From Azolla caroliniana (lineage: Eukaryota; Plantae; Polypodiophyta): a stretch of DNA of 29,473 bases. The notes under the pieces are model-generated. The model saw only the letters and a program-made list of their open reading frames with translations, ran no database searches and was not told the origin of the DNA. Shown here one piece after another: positions 10,101 through 18,899 of this stretch; the first letter of the stretch is position 1; each line of letters begins with the position of its first letter. A program made the translations under genes and the position numbers. The DNA lies in the NCBI GenBank assembly GCA_043228905.1, contig JBHGNT010000388.1, forward strand, positions 1 to 29,473. Reading direction: 5' to 3'.

Positions 10101-13100
10101 ATGAGCAAATGCCAAGTCATTAACACCTCCGACATGAGCATCCGTCTGTTAAATACATTAATTAGGCCTAAAAGTAACTCTGCAAGACAGAAACTTTAGA
10201 TCCAGAACAACCAAATAAACAGACCTCAAACTGCAGTCTTGTCTCACTTCCACCTGTATATTGGTGTATCTGAATCATGTGTTTTGAAAAAGCAATGCCT
10301 ATATTGAAATAGAAATTTCATTATAAAAAGACTATCACAGAGCTCAGTTCTTTAAAAAGAGAGCTTTCAGAAGAAACTTAACCTAAAAAGTCCCCATCCG
10401 GACTCCACATAGTTCGGTTTACTGACACTGCTGGGTCTTTCACCAAAGCGGCCTGGTTTTGCAGTTCACAATTATTATTCAAGTGGAAAATATTAGCTAA
10501 AAATCCAGAAAACTAAGTGAACTTACCTGCAATGCAATAGAACATAATGACAAATCCCACACTTTAAAAGGCTTCAGAGCTAGCCTTTCACAAGTTGAAA
10601 CTTCCCATATCGCAATTTCTCCTACATTTGTACCAACTGCATATACATGCATACAAATTTCAATAAAATTGTCAAGCAATATAGCACTTGAATCCAATGC
10701 ATAAAGCCATATTTAAATACAAATAAAAGGGTGTCTGCCACTGCGGTCAAAACTATAACTCATCCCTTGACCCTTAAGGGTTGTCTCAATCCCTAGGATA
10801 AAAAGTAATCCTCCCTTCTTTACATTCTTGATAAACCATCACCCTCTTATCATCGTGTGTAGAAAACTACAGTACAAACTACCATGGGATAAGTTATGGT
10901 TAAAGTTGTCAACAGTGCCACTCCTTCCAATGAACACATAGAGTATCAAATTAAGTTTCTGAGCATAAGAATAAAAAATATGTTTCCATGTTGATTGTAT
11001 CTGAATGGTAAAAAGAGCAGGTTATGATCATAAGACATGTGGTTAGGGTTTGTGACTAACCAAGGAGTAATGTTTGCTGTAAAGGATGAAAATCCATGCT
11101 CATGACATTAGAACCCTGACTCAAGATTCTGGCAACAGTTTTGGGAAGATCTTCTGAAGAATATGCTGTTGATGGTAGGCTTGTAACTGGGTAAGTGATC
11201 TGTTAACAAAAAGATGGGTAAGTGAAACAATGTCCCTTCAAACCTACTTAAGTCTATGAGATTGAGGAAACAAGTATTGAATCAAATAGATCTACACAAA
11301 CATGGATTCAAACTCTATTCAGAAATGCACTACCTCATCCATTTGCCTAGTACGCTTCAGAAGATGCTCGGAATCAGCCGACTGATAATCCAAACTGCCT
11401 ACAGCACCAGGAGGTGTCCTCGGACGCTTCAACAATGCACCTACTGCACACCAAATTCTCAAACATTAATACATGCAGATATCGTTTTATGCCAAGAGAA
11501 AGGCATGCCAGATTCTCAAACATTAATATATACAAATAACATTCCATGCTTAATAAACACATTGTTATCAATATTCAACAATACTCTAATGTACAACAGA
11601 TTCTCTAATCTCAATAAATATAAATATCCTTTTAAGCGTAATATCATTTTCAAGAATGCACCTACTGCAATATAGCAACAGAAATATACACAAATACCCA
11701 TTATGCCAAAATCAAACTCAGCCATCAAGATCCTTGTACCTGGATTAGGAGAATTGGTTACAGTTGCCAGACCAGCTGCAACCGCTGGATGGGAGGCAGG
11801 TGGATTCGGATTCACCATCCAGCCAGCCAATGGATTGGCCGAGGATACAGTCACTGGTGGGAATGGCTGTAACAATAAAGAAGGAAGGATAAAGCTCTAC
11901 AAACTCATATATTCTTATTAGCAAATATGATTTATTCATCTTGCTTCAATTAGCTAAATCTCAATCGAGTACCCCATTAGCTCCAAGTGGAGGAAAGGCT
12001 CCTCCTAGTGGCTTTGTGTTGCCAATTGCACCAACTAGAGGGTTGTTCGTGGGTGGTGCTGCACGGCCACCATTTGAAGTTCCACATGTATGATCTGTAA
12101 AAAGGGTTTTTATATCTGGGTTGGGTCGAGGATTTTTACAAAGTTGGTGTTGCCAATTCAAACTGCAATCACAATGCATGCATAATAAGCCTGAGGAGCT
12201 ACATGATTTTGTTTTTCTTATAAGTTCTTTTATAAAACAGATACCTTTGATTAATCAGTGTTCGCAGCCTTGAAGCCTTTAGACCTGGAAATACCAGCTT
12301 ATCTCGGAAAAGTGGATTTGCTTCAATAAGCTTTTTAAGTTCCAAAAGCATTATGTTTCTAGCTGTCTTTGTATCTCCATACTTTGACAGCTGATCATTC
12401 TCCCTAGAATTTGCCAATGTTAACTAGCCCATTAGTAAGTGCAATACCAAAACCAATCCACATTTCAGAAAAGCCACATAAATAGCATACAAATAAATAA
12501 ATGTACACCCTTCGTTAAACCATTGTTTTATATTTGCTTGAAATAAGAGAGAAGGATGATGATGCATCATCTATAACTACAAAAACATTGAATAGGTAAA
12601 TTTTCCTTGTTCACATGAGCATTGGAAGAACAAGGAACAAGGAACTTTTCATTGGCATTTTAAATAGGTCAATTTGCTCCTTAAAGTATGATTCACAATA
12701 GGAAAGGCATAAATTATGACTATTGTGGAAGGTGGGTGCACTTGTGCATATACCCATGTAGACAAGGATAAATAAGAATTCCATGGTAAGATGCAAATTG
12801 CAATATACCTGAAATTATCCAAAGTCAAAAGTTGTGTAATTTCTTTGAACAAATCTTCGTTAAACGCTGAAAACACTTTCAAATCCTTGACAAGAATTTC
12901 AACTGCCTTTGCTCGATCTTGCCTGTATTCATGAGAAATTGGATCCAAAACAGCTGAAACAATCAGAAACAGGATATCCATGTGCGCAAACATCAGAAAA
13001 TGCATACAATCTATGCCTTTTATGTAACCTATACATTCACAAGCATATCTAAAAGTTTGAACTAGTGAAAACACACAGGAAACAATCATCATCGAAAATC

Positions 13101-13647
13101 CCAAAAACAAAAAAAGAGATTGATAAATGCCCATGCATACATTCAAACGAAAAATGAAAGATTTGACACAGGAACACCAGGGCCAGATCACAAACTTATC
13201 AAGTGCTTCGAGGTATTTTTGCTTCCGTATCTCAAAGAAAATCTTCATAGAGTAACGGTTATCATCCACTTTGGTGAACCCAGATAGGTAACGTTCTACT
13301 TCATCCCACTCTCCAGCCTGCGCTTGCTCTTCAAAATATTTCATGTTGAAAAAGAATCCAGATTCTTGCTCAAGCCTGGGGAAACCATGAATTGGCACTT
13401 AGAATAATTTTACACAAATATTTCTAAGTTACTTTTTATTTCACATGTTTCCAGTTAAACATACTTTTCCTTTGCTAAAATGACATATGCAAGATACATA
13501 CATGTATATGTATATGTATATGTATATGGATGTGTATACAATCAAAATGAACATTTTTTGAACTTACTTGTGAACAGTCTCTTTGAATTTTTCTTCATCA
13601 AGAAATTGAAGTATGAGGAAAACAAGCTCCCGACTGAGTGATGACAT
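4153..13647 (-). CDS. TPL: TOPLESS / TOPLESS-RELATED transcriptional corepressor (LisH-CTLH-CRA + WD40 repeats), 25 coding exons, 1134 aa
   Basis: Starts MSSLSRELVFLILQFLDEEKFKETVHKLEQESGFFFNMKYFE. Contains DNRYSMKIFFEIRKQKYLEALD, RLRTLINQSLNWQHQLCKNPRPNPDIKTLF, LVEWNESEG, CIALSKNDSYVMSASGGKVSLFNMMTFK and LAFHPQDNNIIAVG. Exons (minus strand): 13568-13647, 13196-13375, 12809-12922, 12245-12403, 11973-12162, 11740-11866, 11334-11440, 11061-11199, 10527-10636, 10383-10452, 10225-10298, 10050-10145, 9871-9966, 9433-9560, 9079-9313, 8240-8395, 8049-8153, 7569-7718, 6629-6739, 6368-6547, 5926-6054, 5592-5687, 5271-5459, 4623-4795, 4153-4363. Sum is 3405 nt, all GT-AG with consistent phases. The exact paralog (TPL vs TPRn) cannot be determined. 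Confidence 0.97.
5030..5240. repeat. Degenerate ~60-bp tandem repeat (about 3.5 copies) in TPL intron 23
   Basis: TTTCTTTCA(T/C)AAT and TTAAATCT(T/G)AGTG motifs recur at ~60-bp spacing. TTACTGTTTTT(T)CTTTCATAAT occurs twice. Confidence 0.7.
6772..7050 (+). mobile_element. Non-LTR retrotransposon (LINE) reverse-transcriptase fragment in TPL intron 18, antisense to TPL
   Basis: Translates with one frameshift to LLLAHIFNRAICEGFP / TRWTNHTIVTIFKSGDPMMLSNYRTVMIGHYLVKLCGSILE...AEQAGFSKGFITLDHIW. This matches the LINE RT motifs W..I.PI.K.GD...NYR.I and Q.GF....T.DH. Confidence 0.85.
13498..13539. repeat. (TATATG)n microsatellite in TPL intron 1
   Basis: ATGTATATGTATATGTATATGTATATGG read directly. 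Confidence 0.85.
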
Positions 13648-15620
13648 GACCAAAGGTATTATGCTGTCATTCCAAACTTAATGTGAGAAAGTATCAAAAG
13701 AGTTGCCAATTATGCAGAACGAGAACAACAAATATATCATAAAAAAATTAGAAATCTTTAATGGAAGACTGATCTATGATATCTGCATTGTTTCTTAAAC
13801 CAGAGAATATAAAAAATATCCCCCAATTCATGTTAATATGCTTATGCAGACAACACAATTATACACGGAAGAGACAAAAGGCTGCCCACAAGATATAATA
13901 AAGGTAACCCATTCAATTTTTAAACTGCCCAAAATCCAAATTTCCAACAGAAGAAAGGAAAGACTGCTAAAAACGAATAAATCAATAAAATTGCCCGAAA
14001 TAAAATATTAGATAAACATAACACCAATTCCAACTCTACAATGGAAATTTTTGCAGAGACGGAAAACAATAAGAACAAAGAACATGAAAGACGTGACTCA
14101 AAATTTATGTGGTATGAAACCTATCAGTTCTAATTAAAATTTAGTAAAAACCAAAGACACCCAAAACTAAATCCTGAAGACCTAGATCTGCAGTATATAT
14201 AGGCCCTGTTATGAACCAATTCAGCACAAATGTGGGGTCAACTGAATGACCAAAACCAAATTTGGGGTTAAACTGATTATCCAAAATCAGGTGGGGGGTT
14301 AAATCAAGCATGTAAAAGTCACATTTGGGAATAAATTAAGCACCCAATAATCAAATTTGAGGTTAAGTCAAGTGCGCAAGAGCAAATTCAGAGGTTTTTT
14401 GTTCAGATAAAATCAAAATTGAGGTAAGTCAAGCACGATAAAGTCAAAATTGGGCATCAAGTGCCCAAAATCAAATTTGGGACTAAATCAAGCTCACAAA
14501 AAATTAAATTCAAACGCTGAAAAAAAAACAAAATATGAAGGTAAATCAAGTGCTCAACAGTCAAATGTGGCGATAAATCAAGTGAACCCAAAATCAAATT
14601 TAAGGTTACACACTGAGGGCAAAAACTCAAATTCGGAGGTAAAATGAACTGCAAAAAATTTAAATTTGAGCTTAAATAAAGTGAGATGAAATCAGGCAAA
14701 AATAAATCCGCTTTGATAGTAAATCAAGTGCCCAAAAATCTAATTTGGGCAAATGGACCGATTAAACTGAAAATTGAGGTTAAATGGATTACCCAAAATA
14801 CACTTTGGGTGACAATCAAGCTCACAAAAACAATTGATCATCAAAATCAAATTTATGGTAGAATTGAGTTTCCAGCGTCAGATATCCCGGAAAACTAAGT
14901 CCGTAAAATCAAATTTCAACGAAAATGGAGCACCCAAAATTAAAATTGGAGGAGAACACAACGAAAAAATGGGGTACATGAAGCTAGTTTTTTTCACATA
15001 TCCCTTCCATTAAAATGGTGAGAAGAATGAAACGTCCAAAATAAAATTCTGGAAGTAAATCTGGTGTCGAAAATTTCTAAAGTAGAAATAAAATCAAAAG
15101 CGCCCAGATGCGAAACTGCCAAATTTTCAACAGAGAAGAGAAAGCCAAAAAGAGAAAACAGAAAAAATCAAAGGAAGAGGGGGGGGGAGAGCGTACCTGT
15201 GCGGGAGATCGAAGTTTGCTTCTTCCTCCTATCACGAAAACAATTTTCTCAGATTCTGACCCGGAACTACTGTGAAAAGAAAAGGGGGGGAAAGAGAAAT
15301 GATAAGTGAGCGGGCATATCGAAACAAACAAATCAAGGAAAAACTGAGATAAGTGGGAGCGCGTATCAGATAAGAGAGAGAAAAAAATAAAATAAAAGGA
15401 ACAAATTGGGGAGTTTTTATTTTTTTTTCCCTTAACGCGAGGTGTCTCTATTCTCTTACTTTTTAGTCTATGTATGTATGTGTAATCTTTTGTTTTTATA
15501 TCCATGAACAAATACATACATACGTAAATGAGAAGAGCTTTTCGATGACAGAAGAGAAAGAGAGAGGCACGACTCGGTGATCACAATGGAATTCGGATCC
15601 AAACCTTCTTCGGATGGCAC
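13648..15620 (-). other. Putative TPL 5' UTR with large leader intron (13664-15196); possible further leader intron (~15270-15523)
   Basis: Acceptor TGACAG| before 13663. Donor CAG|GTACGC after 15197, followed by a pyrimidine-rich tract. A second poly-Y + CACAG|TAG acceptor lies near 15270 and a donor AC|GTATGT after 15524. No transcript evidence. Confidence 0.5.
14225..14950. repeat. Degenerate ~31-32 bp minisatellite (~20 units), consensus approx. CCCAAAATCAAATTTGGGGTTAAATCAAGTG
   Basis: Successive units include AAAACCAAATTTGGGGTTAAACTGATTATCC, AAAATCAGGTGGGGGGTTAAATCAAGCATGTA, AAAGTCACATTTGGGAATAAATTAAGCACCCA and ATAATCAAATTTGAGGTTAAGTCAAGTGCGCA. Confidence 0.85.
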
Positions 15621-15689
15621 ACATAGGATTAAGCACATAATGAAATTTTGACTTAATTAAGCACATAAGAATGAACATGAACCAGTATT

Positions 15690-16225
15690 TAACAATTGGC
15701 AACAGTTCGGTTTGAACCCGAACTTAACCCCAAAACCCACTTCTTAATGGTTTAAACGGTTCCGTTCGGTTCAGTTAGCTTCAATTTTAGGTTTTGTAAA
15801 TGGTTTGGTTTGGTTTGGTTCGGGGGTTTATCAATTTGATTTGATTTGATTTGATTTTGAGGTTTTACCGGTTAGATTCAATTCAAGCCTTTATTAGTTT
15901 AACAGTTTTCATCTAAAATGGTTTCAAACCACGGTTCAAAGGGTTTAAACAGTTTTAAAAATTAAAATTTGAAATTTTGGAAATTTTCAATTTTTTAAAA
16001 TTAAAATCTGAAATCTTGAATTTTTAACTTAACTTGAAAACCAAAACCAAAACACAAACCCGCAATTTTAATGATTTAAAGGTTTGAAAGTCTCTAAAAC
16101 CATATGGTTTGAGCTTGAATATTTTGTAACGATTCGGTTAAACGGGTTTTGTGGTTTAGTTTAAGTTTCAATTTTTTAAAGGGTTTGAGTTTGACACCCT
16201 CGAACCTAACCGTTGCCGATTGTTA
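15690..16225. mobile_element. Non-autonomous hAT-superfamily DNA transposon (MITE-like), 536 bp
   Basis: Left end TAACAATTGGCAACAGTTCGGTTTG vs reverse complement of right end TAACAATCGGCAACGGTTAGGTTCG (21/25). Flanking 8-bp direct repeat CCAGTATT (15682-15689) / CTAGTATT (16226-16233). Interior rich in GGTT/AACC/AAACGG motifs, no ORF. Confidence 0.88.
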
Positions 16226-16259
16226 CTAGTATTGCCACTCCATAATCACGTTGAAGTGG

Positions 16260-16860
16260 GGCACCACTCCATCCAACTCCAGGTATGCAAAAACAAACCC
16301 CATTATTAGGATGGAGATCTTATGTTTGTAGTTTGAGAACATCCACAATGCATTTGATTATGTGCAAAACAAACCCCATTATTTGAATGGAGATCTTATT
16401 TCTACGGTTCGACACATCTACAATCTGTTACCAATTCGTTCTTGGCTTAAGGCACCTCCCACATGTGAGGCCCCAACCATGATCCTCCAAATGAAGACTT
16501 TCGCTCTCAACATTAATTGAGATTATCGGCCCACCTTGATCACATGGTGCCATCAAGATATAGGCTTCTGGAATTTCCCCACTTTTTCTTTCATCCATGT
16601 ATATCTCCTTCATTTTTCATTCCATGATAAACATTGCTCATTGATATTTTGGCAAGACTCTTATTACCAACAAATGTCCAATTAAACATTTGTGATCCTT
16701 TGTCCAAACGTGGGATTGGATCCTACCATGCTGAGAGACCCTATAACTTATAAGCAAACGATGGCCTTGTTTTCCTAAATTCCATAGATAATTTTTGCGT
16801 GACCAACATTGCATCTTGAACTTTAATCATCCTATTCAAGCCATTCAATTAAATTAACGA
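16260..16860 (-). mobile_element. Degraded L1-type LINE ORF2 C-terminal (zf-RVT-like) remnant
   Basis: Minus strand ~16520-16415 reads LMLRAKVFIWRIMVGASHVGGALSQERIGNRL*MC, resembling the plant L1 zf-RVT motif (K.F.WR......LP.G..L..R.I...C..C). Contains stops and a 77-bp duplication; boundaries approximate. Confidence 0.55.
16286..16424. repeat. Tandem duplication, period ~77 bp
   Basis: TGCAAAA(A)CAAACCCCATTATT...ATGGAGATCTTAT...ACATC(C/T)ACAAT occurs at 16286 and 16363. Confidence 0.85.
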
Positions 16861-17014
16861 TGAAAAAGCAATATTTTTGGTGTTTCCTTATCTTTTTCTT
16901 CTTTTTTAGAGAAGTAGGCACTCCCTCTCACCTCCTACCAAAATGAAAGAGTCTACCCTCAGACTCACAAAATCTGAACCGCTCAAATGTAGACTAGGAA
17001 GAAAACAATGAGCT

Positions 17015-17350
17015 TTTAAAACCTCCTCATTTGAATTACCATTGTGTTTGGGAGCTTTAAAACTTTTAGTACCATCCACATTTGTGATTGTCTCGGTCAA
17101 TTAGCATCACCAAATTAATATCACAAGGACATTGCCCAAAATGAAGCCCTTGACTTGGATTGTCCTCATGTGCACCAATGTTTTTATTTCGCTACATTGT
17201 TTGACTTACCTTTTCATGCATGTGCATAATAAGAAATGGACAATATTTTAAAGCCTCCTCACTTGGATTGTCCATGTGTTTGGGAAATTGTGTTTTTCAT
17301 GACTAAATTGTGCATGTCTCATTTTTATGCATGTATGTAATAAGAAATTA
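17015..17350. repeat. Degenerate ~110-125 bp tandem repeat (2-3 copies)
   Basis: AAGCCTCCTCACTTGGATTGTCC-like motif near 17017, 17143 and 17250. TTTT(C/T)ATGCATGT...TAATAAGAAAT near 17210 and 17322. Confidence 0.65.
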
Positions 17351-18330
17351 TGAGAAAATAGTATAGATGTGTACAAAGTTTTGCAAAGTTGTTATATATT
17401 TCCATATTGTTTAGGAGGAGACACCTTTAACACTTCGTGGCTTATGAAAAACCTTTTTCTCATGGGTCAAACATCTCTTAATTGATGTTTTACGTTGTTT
17501 TTTAAGTTTATAAATTTCACTAAACTATAGCTTTACATAAACAACAAGTAATACAAACATTAGAATATATGTTCAATATTGGGAAATATATTCACTACAT
17601 GATTGAAAAGAAACAAATCGTTACAAAGAAACATTTTCCCCATATATTAGGACGTTAAAGTTAATAGTTGAAAAGCAAGATATTTAAAAACAATAGGTGG
17701 ACATATGAGACATCACATAGCCCAAGAAAGTGAGAACAAAAAATGAGCAAAGCCATGTAGCCATTTGAGTTCACAAGGCTATAAAAATCGTAAGTAAAGA
17801 GACCTCACGAGTCACCATTACTTCTTCACTACGTGCTTTCCCAAAGACACTGAGCTTAACTTCACACTAATTGCCAAACTTTTTTCTACCTCCTTACCCT
17901 ATTGTTTCTCGTTCTCTTTGTTTTCCCCATGTCTTGTATTTTCTCTAATTATTTTATTCTCATTGCCTTCTTGCCCTTTTTTCTCAAATAAAATCACTAG
18001 GCTTCAACACATCCATTATTGGAACCATTGATCAATTATGCTTGGCTATCCTTAGGTTAGGACCTCATCCTTTTGACGATATAGACACCATCAAAATATT
18101 GGCATTCGTGGTACATGACTACTACTATGGTCAAATTGGTGATAGAAAGAAAAAAGATGGAACTTCAAAGGGGTCCAATTGTTGTTTCAAGGCGTCACAT
18201 CATTGCTCCTTGATATTCTCCTTCTACACCACAAATATTTTGCACAATACTCGAGATACTCCTCTCAAAGTGCCTATAGGGCCGAGTTAAACCACAAACA
18301 TGAAGGGCAAATATACTCCCAAATGCTATT

Positions 18331-18580
18331 AAAATGGATATTCTTCTTGTTCCCCCCCATACATTAGAAGACAAGGAGCCTGGGCAATGACGATGATCTT
18401 TGAAAAGACCAAGGAAGTGGACCCAAACACGGTATGGTAGTAGCTAGTCGAGAAGAGCCAACACTATGAAAATGGTTCTTCTTCTTGTTTCCTTCATGCA
18501 TTAGAAGACAAGGATTTTGGAAAATGATGATGATCTCTGAAATAGCCAAGGAAGGTAGTAGCTAGTCGAGAAGAGCCTTG
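18331..18580. repeat. Tandem duplication, period ~138 bp
   Basis: AAAATGG...TTCTTCTTGTT...CATTAGAAGACAAGGA...GATGATCT...CCAAGGAAG...GGTAGTAGCTAGTCGAGAAGAGCC occurs from 18331 and from 18469. Confidence 0.85.
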
Positions 18581-18899
18581 GGAAACAACAAGGAGTGCAT
18601 CGAAAATAGTCATGGTGGCAAGACTAAGCCATAAGGCACAATCATGAACGAGGGAGGAGTGGGCAAAGAAAGTCCAAAGAAACAAAGCCAATGAAATGAA
18701 ATGAATCCAATGAAAAAGAGCATCAAAGGCTAGAGGAATTGGGACGATGAAGAGGATTCTCATTCGAGTTCAACACCAATCTTAAGCCCTCTATTGTTTG
18801 TTCTATTCTTTATCCAACTATATGATCTTTGTAACCTTAAATTCTCATTATATGAGACATTTCACCTTGATCTTTTATCTATTTTCTTATACATTTGTA

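Noticed and set aside
10728-10800. Possible tRNA-derived SINE head in TPL intron 8 (weak A-box and B-box-like motifs)
   Set aside because: The boxes are poor matches, and I found no cloverleaf, tail or TSD.
4001-11921. Multiple + strand ORFs overlapping TPL exons (e.g. 9002-9325, 11256-11675)
   Set aside because: Antisense shadows of TPL coding exons and adjacent introns; no independent motifs.
12649-13398. 249-aa ORF reading through TPL introns 2 and 3
   Set aside because: Clear GT-AG boundaries restore the conserved protein. The intervening peptide is non-conserved intron read-through.
14225-14950. CRISPR-like appearance of ~31-bp palindromic repeats, and ORFs 14450-14898
   Set aside because: Units are contiguous and degenerate with no unique spacers and no cas genes, in a eukaryotic intron. 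The ORFs are by-products of the repeat.
15064-15517. ORFs 15064-15309 (+) and 15077-15517 (-)
   Set aside because: Low-complexity translations of the purine/pyrimidine-skewed TPL leader region.
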